Of a stretch of 64,000 nt of DNA, positions 50,865 to 60,949 are shown piece by piece. Location: assembly GCA_964005815.1 (NCBI GenBank), contig CAXFSR010000017.1, forward strand, positions 32,001-96,000, read 5' to 3'. Every line of letters starts with the position of its first letter. Within the stretch, counting starts at the first letter, position 1. This DNA is from an uncultured Nitrospinaceae bacterium. GTDB taxonomy: Bacteria > UBA8248. The notes below the pieces were generated by a model that was not told the DNA's origin, ran no database searches, and was given only the letters and a program-made list of their open reading frames with translations. A program made the position numbers and the translations under genes.

Positions 50865-52817
50865 ATGCCTAAAAAAAATAAAGAAATAATTTGGAAGCCA
50901 AACGAGGATTTCTTAAATAACAGTAATATCGCACTTTTAATGAAAAAAAATAACCTTTCAAATCATTCAGATTTAATAGAATGGTCACAGAAAGACCCTA
51001 CCATCTTTTCCAAAGCCATTTTGGAAGATATGGAAATCCAGTGGTATGAAGAATTTGAAGAAGTTCTAGACTTAAGTAATGGGTTTCCATGGGCAAAATG
51101 GTTTGTGGGTGGAAAAATCAATATTGTTTATAATTGTATCGACAAACATCTCACACAAGAAAAGAAGAACAATCATGCTCTAATTTGGGAAGGGGATGAT
51201 GGAACTAAAAGAACGTTTACTTATGAACAATTGTCTTTTGAAGTGTCTAAACTAGCAAATGCAATGAAGGAATTTGATCTTGAAATTGGAGATACTGTCG
51301 GTATTTTTATGCCTATGATTCCAGAAACTATTTTTGCAATGTTTGCTTGTTTTAAGATAGGTGTTATTGCAGTACCAATTTTCTCCGGATTTGGCTATGA
51401 AGCAGTTGCAGAGCGTCTTACTCATGCAAAAGTAAAACTTGTCTTCACTTCAAATTTCGGACTTCGAAGAGGAAAAGAAATTGCTATAAAAGCACTCTTA
51501 GACAAAGCCCTCAAAATAAACAATTCCGTGAAAAAAGTAGTTGTTTTTGAAAGAACTAAGTCATCCTATCCAATTTCAAAAAATAGAGATGTAAAATGGC
51601 ATGAATTTACTTTGAACAAATCTTCAGAATCTGAAACTATACCATTAGACTCTGAAGCAATTTCAATGATTATTTACACCTCAGGAACCACTGGTAAACC
51701 TAAGGGCACAATTCATACACATGCCGGTTGTCTAACTACTATCACAAAAGAAGTTAAATATTGCATGGACCTTAGAGATAACGACATTCTTTTCTGGCTC
51801 ACTGATATCGGGTGGATGATGGGACCATGGGAAATGATTGGAACACAAGTCCTTGGGAAAACATATTTAATATATGAAGGCACTCCAAATTGGCCAAATC
51901 CAGACAGACTTTGGCAACTTATCTCTGAACATAAAATAACTCATCTTGGAATCTCCCCTACAGCAATCCGACTACTTATAAATAGTGGAGAAAAATGGAC
52001 AAAAAAACACGATCTTTCTAGTTTGCGAGTACTTGCATCTACTGGTGAACCTTGGGACCCCGAATCATATATGTGGTATTTCGAAAAAATAGGAAATAAA
52101 CGTTGTCCAATTATGAATATTTCTGGAGGAACAGAAATTTGTGGTTGTCTTCTGCAGCCATATCCAATTATGGAATTATCTAAGTGCTCACTTGGAGGAC
52201 CTGCTTTAGGTGTTCATACCAACGTATACAACGAAGATGGAAAACCTGTACGTGGTGAAATAGGTCACTTAGTATGTACAAAGCCTATGCCATCAATGAC
52301 AAAAAGTTTTCTTTTGGATGATGAAAGATATTTAGAAACCTATTTTTCACGTTTCCCCAATACCTGGTATCACGGTGACTGGGCGATGGTGGATGAATTC
52401 GACCAATGGTTTCTCTTTGGCAGGTCAGACGACACAATTAATGTTGCTGGGAAAAGAGTAGGCCCTGCGGAAGTAGAATCTGAACTCATTCGACATCCTT
52501 CCGTTATTGAGGCTGCAGTTATAGGAACTCCTCATCCCATTAAAGGGGAAGGATTAACTTGTTTTGTAGTTATTAAAAAAGAATATGAAATGAACGACCA
52601 TCTTAGGGAAGAATTGAAGGATGAAACTACAAAATATTTAGGAAAAAGTCTTCGTCCTGAAACAATTAAATTTGTAGAAGGATTGCCCAAAACACGTTCA
52701 TCAAAAATAGTACGTGGTGCAATAAAAAAAATATATTTAGGAACTAATATGAATGAAATCGATACTTCTTCCATAGAGGATTCTTCACTTTTAGAAGCAA
52801 TCTCAAGAGCAAAATAA
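50865..52817 (+). CDS. AMP-forming acyl-CoA synthetase, copy 2
   Basis: Same motifs as copy 1. Start taken at ATG 50865 by alignment with copy 1. Confidence 0.9.
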   Translation: MPKKNKEIIWKPNEDFLNNSNIALLMKKNNLSNHSDLIEWSQKDPTIFSKAILEDMEIQWYEEFEEVLDLSNGFPWAKWFVGGKINIVYNCIDKHLTQEKKNNHALIWEGDDGTKRTFTYEQLSFEVSKLANAMKEFDLEIGDTVGIFMPMIPETIFAMFACFKIGVIAVPIFSGFGYEAVAERLTHAKVKLVFTSNFGLRRGKEIAIKALLDKALKINNSVKKVVVFERTKSSYPISKNRDVKWHEFTLNKSSESETIPLDSEAISMIIYTSGTTGKPKGTIHTHAGCLTTITKEVKYCMDLRDNDILFWLTDIGWMMGPWEMIGTQVLGKTYLIYEGTPNWPNPDRLWQLISEHKITHLGISPTAIRLLINSGEKWTKKHDLSSLRVLASTGEPWDPESYMWYFEKIGNKRCPIMNISGGTEICGCLLQPYPIMELSKCSLGGPALGVHTNVYNEDGKPVRGEIGHLVCTKPMPSMTKSFLLDDERYLETYFSRFPNTWYHGDWAMVDEFDQWFLFGRSDDTINVAGKRVGPAEVESELIRHPSVIEAAVIGTPHPIKGEGLTCFVVIKKEYEMNDHLREELKDETTKYLGKSLRPETIKFVEGLPKTRSSKIVRGAIKKIYLGTNMNEIDTSSIEDSSLLEAISRAK

Positions 52818-52821
52818 TCTT

Positions 52822-53826
52822 TTAAGACGAGACCTCGTAAAAATCCTTCACAAACTGGACAACGGCCATACTCTCACGCACCGGAACCTTAGTTTCTTTA
52901 GAACAAAGTATCGATTCGACAAAATCTGAATGATTTCTATACATAGAAAAAAGTTTAGAGGGAATCTCTTTTGGAATTTCCAAATCATTTTTGAATTCGG
53001 GCTGTTTGATCCCATCTTTATGAGACCAATCAACTATTCCCTTTCCTTCAACAATAGTACAACTTCCAAGAGTCCCATATAGAGATAATTGTTCCGGTGA
53101 ATTTGGATACGTGACTGTAGAAGCAGTCATGACCCCCAAAGTTCCGTTAACGAGTTCAACAATGCCGACTGCCAAATCTTCTTCCCTATAATCAGGACGA
53201 ACTGTCTTAGTAAAACCTGAAATTTTCTTATATGGACCGAGCATCCAAAGAAGCAAGTCCAGATAATGGATACCTTGATTCATCAACACACCGCCACCTG
53301 ACTCATGACCAGATGAACGCCAAGGTGCTTCTTCAAAATAATGATCATCTCTATGATAATTTATTGAGACTTCAAATAAAAAAATCTCTCCGAGTAAATT
53401 TTGTTCTAAAGCAAGTTTAAGAGATTGCACATCTGGATGAAAACGTTTTTGTGACACTACAGACAAATTTAATTCTTTATCTTCGAAGAACTGAATCAAA
53501 GATTTGCAAGATTCTATCTCTGTTGCAAGAGGTTTTTCAATAAGAACATGTTTCTCTAACTTACCTGCATTCATTGCCTGTTCGGCATGCAGATAGGAAG
53601 GAGAGGCGATTAAAACTGCATCGACATCCTCCCTATTAATCGCGTCTTCAATTTCTGATGAATATTGGCATTTATATTTTTCGGAGAAATTTTTGCCGCG
53701 AGACTCATCAAGATCATACGCAGAAATTATTCTTGCATTTGTAATAGATGATAAAACCTGTGCATGTCTATCTCCCATAAGACCACAGCCTATCAAAGCA
53801 AAACCTACAGAAAGTTTTTCTTCCAA
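52822..53826 (-). CDS. Gfo/Idh/MocA NAD-dependent oxidoreductase
   Basis: IGCG.MG..H, HVLIEKPLA and GGGVLMNQGIH..D motifs. Confidence 0.88.
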   Translation of the reverse strand: MEEKLSVGFALIGCGLMGDRHAQVLSSITNARIISAYDLDESRGKNFSEKYKCQYSSEIEDAINREDVDAVLIASPSYLHAEQAMNAGKLEKHVLIEKPLATEIESCKSLIQFFEDKELNLSVVSQKRFHPDVQSLKLALEQNLLGEIFLFEVSINYHRDDHYFEEAPWRSSGHESGGGVLMNQGIHYLDLLLWMLGPYKKISGFTKTVRPDYREEDLAVGIVELVNGTLGVMTASTVTYPNSPEQLSLYGTLGSCTIVEGKGIVDWSHKDGIKQPEFKNDLEIPKEIPSKLFSMYRNHSDFVESILCSKETKVPVRESMAVVQFVKDFYEVSS

Positions 53827-53850
53827 ATCAACCTCTTTTAAAATAAAAAA

Positions 53851-54135
53851 TCACGATGACATTTTTTTTTCTTTTGCAATAAGCATCAAATTTCTAGTAT
53901 ATGGAACAAAGTTAGGTAAATAGGCAAGCACACCTATAATACTACCTCTTTGAAAAAAATAGATAAGTAAAATTATAGATCCACCTAAGCTAAGATACCA
54001 AAATATTTCTGGAACGATACTTCTCCCTGCTCGCTCACTTTGTATCCACTGCACGAGAAATCTAGAACCAAAACAAGCATTCCCAACCAACCCAAAAAGT
54101 TCCCAAGGTCCTAAATCAAACCCCCAAACTTGCAT
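53851..54135 (-). CDS. Lipid A biosynthesis N-terminal (LAB_N) domain small membrane protein
   Basis: G..F..RFLVQW..SE.AGRS.VP..FWYLS..G and Y.RNL motifs. Confidence 0.85.
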   Translation of the reverse strand: MQVWGFDLGPWELFGLVGNACFGSRFLVQWIQSERAGRSIVPEIFWYLSLGGSIILLIYFFQRGSIIGVLAYLPNFVPYTRNLMLIAKEKKMSS

Positions 54136-54168
54136 TATGTTCTCCTTATTGAGACCAATAAATTTTAT

Positions 54169-54885
54169 CTATTTTTTAAAGGGCGAAACAAATCTTTTCT
54201 TGTACCAATAAATCGCAAGAGTATCTACAAAACCTACAAAAATTCTATTTCCCATTCCATATTTTGACACTCCAGACTTTCTAGGGCGATCTTTTATAAG
54301 GACTTGATTAACTTTGATACCATGGAATTGGAGTATTGTTGGAAGAAATCTATGCATTCCCCTAAAGGGAACTAGATCAACTAGAACTTCTTTTCTAAAA
54401 ACTCTATAAGTACACCCAGCGTCTTTGATACCATCTCTTAAAATCGTATTTCTAAAAATATTTGCGATTTTCGTTGATATTTTTTTACTTAGAGAATCTG
54501 CTCTGCTAGGGCGAATTCCGCATACGGCACCATAACCTTCAAGAGAATCTATTAAATAAGGCAGATCTGCAGGATCATTCTGCAGATCTGCGTCCATTGT
54601 AACAACAATTGCTCCTCTAGATGACCTGAATCCTGTTAATTGAGCTGCACTCTCTCCCTGATTAACCAAATGAGAAAGGAGAACAACTTCATTCCTATCT
54701 ATATTTCGAATCTTCTGGGCAGTAGCATCTGAACTACAATCATCAACAAAAATCACTTCCCAAGTCGTATCTAAACTCTCAAGTACAGGATATAGTTCAT
54801 CCCAGAGAGAAGAAATATTATCCTCTTCATTAAAACATGGGATTATGACACTTATACCTAGATTACTATCCATAAATAGATTCAC
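54169..54885 (-). CDS. GT2 polyprenyl-phosphate glycosyltransferase (ArnC/DPM-like)
   Basis: IIPCFNE, VDD.S.D, DADLQNDP, D.GC, HRFLP and R..G.SKY motifs. Confidence 0.88.
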   Translation of the reverse strand: MNLFMDSNLGISVIIPCFNEEDNISSLWDELYPVLESLDTTWEVIFVDDCSSDATAQKIRNIDRNEVVLLSHLVNQGESAAQLTGFRSSRGAIVVTMDADLQNDPADLPYLIDSLEGYGAVCGIRPSRADSLSKKISTKIANIFRNTILRDGIKDAGCTYRVFRKEVLVDLVPFRGMHRFLPTILQFHGIKVNQVLIKDRPRKSGVSKYGMGNRIFVGFVDTLAIYWYKKRFVSPFKK

Positions 54886-56308
54886 AATCTTTAAAATTAA
54901 AGAAAGACAAATCCTTCTTTACAATTTTTTCATTAAAGTAAAAAGTCACTTGTGAACGTTTCCTATGACGATCATAAGATTTCCATTCTTCAAAATAACC
55001 ACAAAAAATAATAAAAAAGCAAGACAAAACAACAAAGGAAAAATATATTGATAATTGGATTTTTTCTAGCAAGAATAATCTAATAGAAAACAGATAGATA
55101 CAAACAGAGAAAATTATTATAAGAAGTGGAACAAATTTATATTCTAAATAAGAAATAATAAAAAAAGCAGCTCCTGAAACCATAATAAAAAGAACCAGCA
55201 TGTAAGACACTGTAGACCAATAAAAGAATCTTTTCATTTGATTTTGACTAGATTCAGTCTGATCAAGAATTACTCTTCCAACCATTAAAGATAAAAGTGG
55301 TAAAATAGGCAAAATATAGTGTGGCTGTTTTGCCGGAATAAAAGCAAAGCAAAGAAAGACAATTAAAAATGGGAAAACTACGTAAGTCCATTCATCAGAA
55401 AATAACATTTTTCTTTTTTTCCAAAAAAAGAAAAATGTTATAGGAATAAAAACAGAAAATGGAAGGAATAGATCCCATATTCGGAAAAAATAATAATAAA
55501 AAGGTTTGAAATGTTGTGCAGTTTCTCCAACAATTTTCAAATCGAATGGTTGTCCCCCTTCTAAGAGGAACCAATACATTGCTTCATCTGGGTTCCAAAG
55601 ATAAAGCAACCAGTACCAACTTACGGAAACTAAAAGAGTGATTAATGACATAAATATAATATCAAAAGAAAAAATCCTGCGTAATCTTTTCTTAACCGCA
55701 AGAATTAGTAAAATTGGCAATACAACAACAAGAAAAATAACGTGGGCCTTCGCAAGAAATGCAATGGAAAACATAAAGAAAAATGAAACAAACAAAAAGA
55801 TATTATATCTTTTGATTATCTTTTGAAAAATATATAAACAGGCGAAACAGGATGCCGAGAAAATCATATCCGGTGCTCCTCTTCGAGCAAGGACAACAAA
55901 TAAATAAGCAGAAAAAGTTATAAAAACGGAGAGAATCCCTAGATGGTCCCCACCTAACTCTTTTCCCCAAAGGAAAACAATAAAAAGCATAAGAAAAGCG
56001 GCTATCAAAGAAGGTATTCTAATTGAGTACCAACTAACGCTTCCAAAAAAATAAGAAATATATGAAGCAGTCCAATGATAAAAAGGTGGTTTTGTAATAT
56101 AGGGCTTTCCATCTATCTTAGGTACTAAGAGATCGTTAGTTTCAACCATCCCTTTCACAATTTTAATACTTCGTATCTCAACTGGCAACTTTGCAAGACC
56201 ACCACCTATATTGAGAGAGATTAAAAAGAAGGGAACAAAAAGAATCCACAATTTAAATTGAGAAAAGAAATTTAAGATAAAAGATAAAAATGATTTTTCG
56301 GAAATCAT
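54866..56308 (-). CDS. ArnT-like (GT-C) polyprenyl-sugar transferase
   Basis: Multi-TM protein with E.R.....M, G.PY..KPP..HW, R.PS, H..PFYYY and K...YILP motifs. Confidence 0.82.
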   Translation of the reverse strand: MISEKSFLSFILNFFSQFKLWILFVPFFLISLNIGGGLAKLPVEIRSIKIVKGMVETNDLLVPKIDGKPYITKPPFYHWTASYISYFFGSVSWYSIRIPSLIAAFLMLFIVFLWGKELGGDHLGILSVFITFSAYLFVVLARRGAPDMIFSASCFACLYIFQKIIKRYNIFLFVSFFFMFSIAFLAKAHVIFLVVVLPILLILAVKKRLRRIFSFDIIFMSLITLLVSVSWYWLLYLWNPDEAMYWFLLEGGQPFDLKIVGETAQHFKPFYYYFFRIWDLFLPFSVFIPITFFFFWKKRKMLFSDEWTYVVFPFLIVFLCFAFIPAKQPHYILPILPLLSLMVGRVILDQTESSQNQMKRFFYWSTVSYMLVLFIMVSGAAFFIISYLEYKFVPLLIIIFSVCIYLFSIRLFLLEKIQLSIYFSFVVLSCFFIIFCGYFEEWKSYDRHRKRSQVTFYFNEKIVKKDLSFFNFKDCESIYG

Positions 56309-56311
56309 AAC

Positions 56312-57451
56312 TTACGAACTTATGTCCATATAAGAAAATTCATTAACTTTCTCCAACACATAATCTACTTTACTCTCTTCCATATAAGGATAGATTGGCA
56401 AAGATAAGACATCGTCTCCATAGTTTTCAGCAACAGGAAATGAACCTTTTGGATAAGACAAAAATTCATACGCGGGATGAAGATGTACTGGAATGGGATA
56501 ATGTAATCCCGTGCCAATTCCGGCATCATTTAGGAATTTTGACATTGAATCTCTTTTAGAGGTCCTTATAACAAATAGATGCCAAGCTGGAGTTGAACCT
56601 GATGTAAAACTTGGAAGAATCAGTCCGGGAGTATTTTTTAAACCTTCTAAGTATTTCTTTGCGACAGAATTTCTCATTTCATTCCACAATTTCAATAGAG
56701 GAAGTTTTGTCTTTAAAACCGCAGCTTGAATTGAGTCTATTCTATCATTTAACCCTACAGTACTGTGAACATATTTCTCTGTTCTTCCGTGATTTGCATA
56801 TGCTCTTATTTTTTCAGATAAATCTTGATCGTCTGTTGTAATCGCGCCGCTATCTCCAAATCCTCCTAAACACTTCGAAGGGAAAAAAGAATAACAAGAA
56901 ATTAAGCCGAAAGTACCTACTCTTTGTCCATCAATAAAAGCTCCTTGCGCCTGAGCCACATCTTCAATAAGCGTTAGTCCTTTTTCTATACAAATTTCAT
57001 GTAATTCTTTGATAGGTGCAGGAATACCATAAAGATGAACAGGAAGTATGACTTTTGTATTTGAATTGATAGAATTTTTAACTGACTCAAGTGAAATCTG
57101 TGCAGTATCAATATCTACATCACAAAGAACCGGTTTAAGTCCTGCCTGGACAATTGCCTCAACTGTAGGCACAGCAGTCAAAGTAGTCGTTATCACTTCT
57201 GACTCTTCAGGTAAATCGAGAGACTTCAACGCAAGGATAAGTGCGGAAGTCCCGCTTTTCAAACCTACTGCGCAATCTCTATTTTCTAAATCGGCTAATA
57301 AATTCTCAAATTCTTTCACCGCAGTCCCACCAATAAAACTCGTTTTAGAGATAATATTCATCAGTTCGGTATCTATTTCATCTTTAAGGTTTAGATACTG
57401 GGGAAGTAAATCGACAAATGGGACTTTCATGAAACTATTCTTCCTCTCCAC
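56312..57451 (-). CDS. DegT/DnrJ/EryC1/StrS sugar aminotransferase
   Basis: SGTSAL, PVHLYG, EDVAQA, SFFPSK (PLP Lys) and LSLP motifs; ATG at 57430 is an alternative start. Confidence 0.92.
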   Translation of the reverse strand: MERKNSFMKVPFVDLLPQYLNLKDEIDTELMNIISKTSFIGGTAVKEFENLLADLENRDCAVGLKSGTSALILALKSLDLPEESEVITTTLTAVPTVEAIVQAGLKPVLCDVDIDTAQISLESVKNSINSNTKVILPVHLYGIPAPIKELHEICIEKGLTLIEDVAQAQGAFIDGQRVGTFGLISCYSFFPSKCLGGFGDSGAITTDDQDLSEKIRAYANHGRTEKYVHSTVGLNDRIDSIQAAVLKTKLPLLKLWNEMRNSVAKKYLEGLKNTPGLILPSFTSGSTPAWHLFVIRTSKRDSMSKFLNDAGIGTGLHYPIPVHLHPAYEFLSYPKGSFPVAENYGDDVLSLPIYPYMEESKVDYVLEKVNEFSYMDISS

Positions 57452-57678
57452 TTGAATAAAAGATATTTAATAATCTGACTTAAAATTTTTTAAAAATCTA
57501 CAATCATACGAATAATCTAATTGTATAAAAATACAAATTCAAGGCGAATTAAAATCTAAAAGAAGTTTCTTTAGAATTTTTGATTCTAAAAAATATTAGC
57601 ATGAAACCTAGCTATATTTAATCGAAAAACGATAAAATACAGTTTCACTATTCTCAATCATAATCTCCAGGTGGAACT

Positions 57679-58437
57679 TTGGAAATAAATTCAGAAATTA
57701 TTATCATATTCGTGATCTGCTCGTTTTTTATAGGATTTTTTAAAAGTACATTTACTACTGGAATAGGATTAGTTCTCTTTCCAGTACTTGCACTTTTTTG
57801 GCCCACTAAACTAATCCTTGGAATAATTGCTGTTTTAATGTGGCTGACAGACTATTCAGCAGGTTCTCTTTTTTGGAAAAAATGGGAAAGTTCACTTATT
57901 AAAATCGTAGTTCCCGGATTTTATATAGGAATCTTTATAGGGACATTTTTACTGATTCAACTATCAGATTTTTGGCTTAGGAAATTTCTAGGGATTGCCT
58001 GTATTATTTTTTCTTTTTTCCAAATCTGGAATGAAAAACAAAACAAATCATCGGAATCGAATGTAAGCAACTCAAAACTTAGTAGTTCTACTTCTGGAGT
58101 AATTTTGGGTATTATTGGTGGAATTACAAGTGCCATGTTCCACGCTGGTGGTTTAATCCTTAGTCTATTTTATCTAAATAGAGGTCTAAAGAAAATCCCT
58201 CTTGTTGCAACAATCATTTTCACATGGTTTTGGGTAAATCCTTTTAAAGTTATGAATTTTTGGTATCATGATTTAGTGAATAAGGAAATGATCTTTATTG
58301 CTATCTTGATGTTTCCAGTAAGTTTCTTAGGAAGTTGGATAGGGAGAAAACTTCTTTATCTTGTCCCCCAAAACGTTTTTAATTTTGGTCTCCTTTTTTT
58401 AGCTTTGCTCACTGCTTCGAAGCTTATAATAGAATAA
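57679..58437 (+). CDS. TauE/SafE-family (sulfite exporter-like) membrane protein
   Basis: About 8 TM helices in two repeats with G...G.G and GG motifs; 252 aa. Confidence 0.72.
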   Translation: MEINSEIIIIFVICSFFIGFFKSTFTTGIGLVLFPVLALFWPTKLILGIIAVLMWLTDYSAGSLFWKKWESSLIKIVVPGFYIGIFIGTFLLIQLSDFWLRKFLGIACIIFSFFQIWNEKQNKSSESNVSNSKLSSSTSGVILGIIGGITSAMFHAGGLILSLFYLNRGLKKIPLVATIIFTWFWVNPFKVMNFWYHDLVNKEMIFIAILMFPVSFLGSWIGRKLLYLVPQNVFNFGLLFLALLTASKLIIE

Positions 58438-58454
58438 TATTTCAGGAGTCATAA

Positions 58455-59543
58455 GTGTCATTTTCTATAGATAATAAATTTCCAACAAGGATAATAGACT
58501 CAGATGTTCATCATGTTCCTCCTTCAACAGAGTCTCTTTTCCCATATCTAGCAAAACACTGGATAAATTATATCAACGAAACTGGATATAAATCGCTACC
58601 GCAAGTCTCTTATCCTAAAACCGGACACGGAGGTGTAAGACAGGATTCTTTCCCACAAAATGGAGGGCCTCCTGGTTCTGATTTGTCATTTTTTCAAAAA
58701 CAAGTTTTAGATGAATATAACATTAGTTATGCGATCCTAAATGGAACTTATTACAATGTTTCATTCTTAGGAATCCCTGAATTTGGGGCCTCTTTAGCAT
58801 CTGCTCATAATAATTGGACAATTGAAAATTGGTTGCAAAAAGATTCCCGTCTTTTAGGATCGATTACTGTCTCTCTAAGTGACCCTAATCATGCAGTGGA
58901 AGAAATTAAAAGAGTCGGTCAAAGAAAGGACATGGTACAAGTCCTTTTCCCGGCTGGATCTCACTCTCCATATGGACAGAGAAAATTTCACAAAATTTAT
59001 GAAATCGCAGAAGATTTAGAACTTCCTATTGCCATTCACTTTGGAGGCACAGGAGTCGGAACGGCTCCACCACCAACTGCTGTAGGTTGGCCTACGTATT
59101 ATATTGAATGGCATACATCTATGACTCAGGCTTTTATGACTCATGCAACAAGTTTTATTTGTGAAGGTGTATTTGAAACTTTTCCAAAATTAAAAATTAT
59201 CCTGATAGAAGGTGGCGTTGCTTGGATTCCTGGTTTGCTTTGGAGATTAGACAAAAATTTTCTAGGGCTCCGACATGAAGTCCCATGGGTAAAACGGTTA
59301 CCTAGTGAGTATTTCTTTGATCACTTCAAAATAACTACACAACCTATGGAAGAACCAGAATCAACACAAGATCTCTTAGAAATGTTTAGAATGGTAAAAG
59401 CTGAGAAAACATTATTTTTTGCCACTGATTATCCCCACTGGGATTTTGATTCCCCTACACATGCCTTACCCAATACTCTAGACGAACAAACCAGAGAAAG
59501 AATAATGTTCAAGAATGCAAAAGAGACATATAATTTACATTAA
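58455..59543 (+). CDS. Amidohydrolase_2 family metal-dependent hydrolase/decarboxylase
   Basis: IDSDVH, IH, EGVFE.FPKL...IEGG..W and TDYPHWD motifs. Confidence 0.85.
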   Translation: MSFSIDNKFPTRIIDSDVHHVPPSTESLFPYLAKHWINYINETGYKSLPQVSYPKTGHGGVRQDSFPQNGGPPGSDLSFFQKQVLDEYNISYAILNGTYYNVSFLGIPEFGASLASAHNNWTIENWLQKDSRLLGSITVSLSDPNHAVEEIKRVGQRKDMVQVLFPAGSHSPYGQRKFHKIYEIAEDLELPIAIHFGGTGVGTAPPPTAVGWPTYYIEWHTSMTQAFMTHATSFICEGVFETFPKLKIILIEGGVAWIPGLLWRLDKNFLGLRHEVPWVKRLPSEYFFDHFKITTQPMEEPESTQDLLEMFRMVKAEKTLFFATDYPHWDFDSPTHALPNTLDEQTRERIMFKNAKETYNLH

Positions 59544-59547
59544 ACAC

Positions 59548-60450
59548 TCAAGTACTTTCCTTGTTTACTAGATAGATACCAAGCGCAATAAGGAAAGAAC
59601 CTGTTATCATAAAAAATGTTAATGGTTCTGAAAGAATAAGTGCCCCAAGAAAAACACCAAACAAAGGACATAGGAACATAAAAGCACTCACTCTTTTAGC
59701 AGGGAATTCTTTGATTAACCAAATCCATAAAATTATAGTTAATCCAGTACCAACAATTCCATTAAAACCAACCCCAGTAATCACATTTAAATCGACTGTG
59801 TCGGGAAGAGATTCATTAAAAATAAAGGCTAATAAAACGAATGGAATGACCGCAAAAAGCTGTGTCCATGCCGTAATTCTATACGCGTCTACCCCTACAA
59901 GATTCATTTTGAGATATAAAGATTGATATGCCCATACCAAAGCAGCAAGAATTACAAGAACATCTCCAAACCAAGTACTACCGCCTTTCGAAGAGAGATT
60001 GTCACCAAACAAAAAAACCATCCCTGCAAATGCAGAAACAAAACCTATTACCGCTTTCAAACCAACTTTCTCTTCTTTCGCAATCAATGTAGCTAGTGCC
60101 ACATACAAAAGTGGTTGAACATATAAAAATAATGAGGCTCGTCCCGCCGTACTATATACCAAGCCATTATAATACAAGAGAAAAACAAGATTATGGAGAA
60201 AAATATTCACCCAAAAACTCGGTTTACTGCCTTTCCCCGTTATCTTTGGCGGACTGAATTTAGACTGCATTATAAAAATTAGGATAAAAACTGTTATTGC
60301 TGAAACAAGACTTCTCATCCAAAGAAAGGAAAATGGCTCTAAAGAACGTAATCCAATTTTTGCAGTTGAAAAACTAAGGCCCCACAAAAAAGTCACAGAA
60401 ATAACTAAAATCCAAAAACGCAAGTAAATTCCCATCCAATTAAAAAACAA
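59548..60450 (-). CDS. EamA/DMT transporter
   Basis: Two EamA repeats, LWG..F...K and P.FG motifs, about 10 TM helices. Confidence 0.88.
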   Translation of the reverse strand: MFFNWMGIYLRFWILVISVTFLWGLSFSTAKIGLRSLEPFSFLWMRSLVSAITVFILIFIMQSKFSPPKITGKGSKPSFWVNIFLHNLVFLLYYNGLVYSTAGRASLFLYVQPLLYVALATLIAKEEKVGLKAVIGFVSAFAGMVFLFGDNLSSKGGSTWFGDVLVILAALVWAYQSLYLKMNLVGVDAYRITAWTQLFAVIPFVLLAFIFNESLPDTVDLNVITGVGFNGIVGTGLTIILWIWLIKEFPAKRVSAFMFLCPLFGVFLGALILSEPLTFFMITGSFLIALGIYLVNKEST

Positions 60451-60574
60451 ATATATTTCTATTTATGCAGATAACATTAGAATTAATGATAAATCAAACG
60501 AAGAAAGAGAACTTTGTAAAACCACAAGGCTATCAAGTATTTCTACGATTTGATAATATCTCTTACAAAGGAGA

Positions 60575-60937
60575 TTGATGATGGCTAGGATAACTTTCAA
60601 ACCTAAAAGAAAACTAATAAAGAATAAAAAAACGGCAAGTACAAGTTCAAACCAAAATATATCTGCAAAAGAAATTGCAGAGAAACTTAAAAGATATTCA
60701 GTTGTAAGTAAAAATGCTCCTGAATATAGAATTAAATCTCTAGAACTACATGGGTGGATTTGTGCGAAATGTGGAAGGGAGTTTAACGAAACGAACTTAC
60801 ACGAACTTACTGTTCATCACAAAGACAGTAATCATAAAAATAATCCTTCAGATGGAAGTAATTGGGAAAACCTATGTATACACTGTCATGAAGATGAACA
60901 TTCTAGAGATATTTTAAGCGACCATATCACGAAATAA
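60575..60937 (+). CDS. yajD: YajD-family HNH nuclease
   Basis: C.KCGREF...NL.ELTVHH.D.NH.NNP.DGSNWE.LC..CH..EH pattern. Confidence 0.85.
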   Translation: MMMARITFKPKRKLIKNKKTASTSSNQNISAKEIAEKLKRYSVVSKNAPEYRIKSLELHGWICAKCGREFNETNLHELTVHHKDSNHKNNPSDGSNWENLCIHCHEDEHSRDILSDHITK

Positions 60938-60949
60938 GAAAGCTATTTT

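Noticed and set aside
60575..60937. HNH nuclease as a defence or mobile element, or as a partner of Dam
   Set aside because: It matches the small housekeeping-context YajD type, sits next to aroA, and is 28 kb from the methylase.
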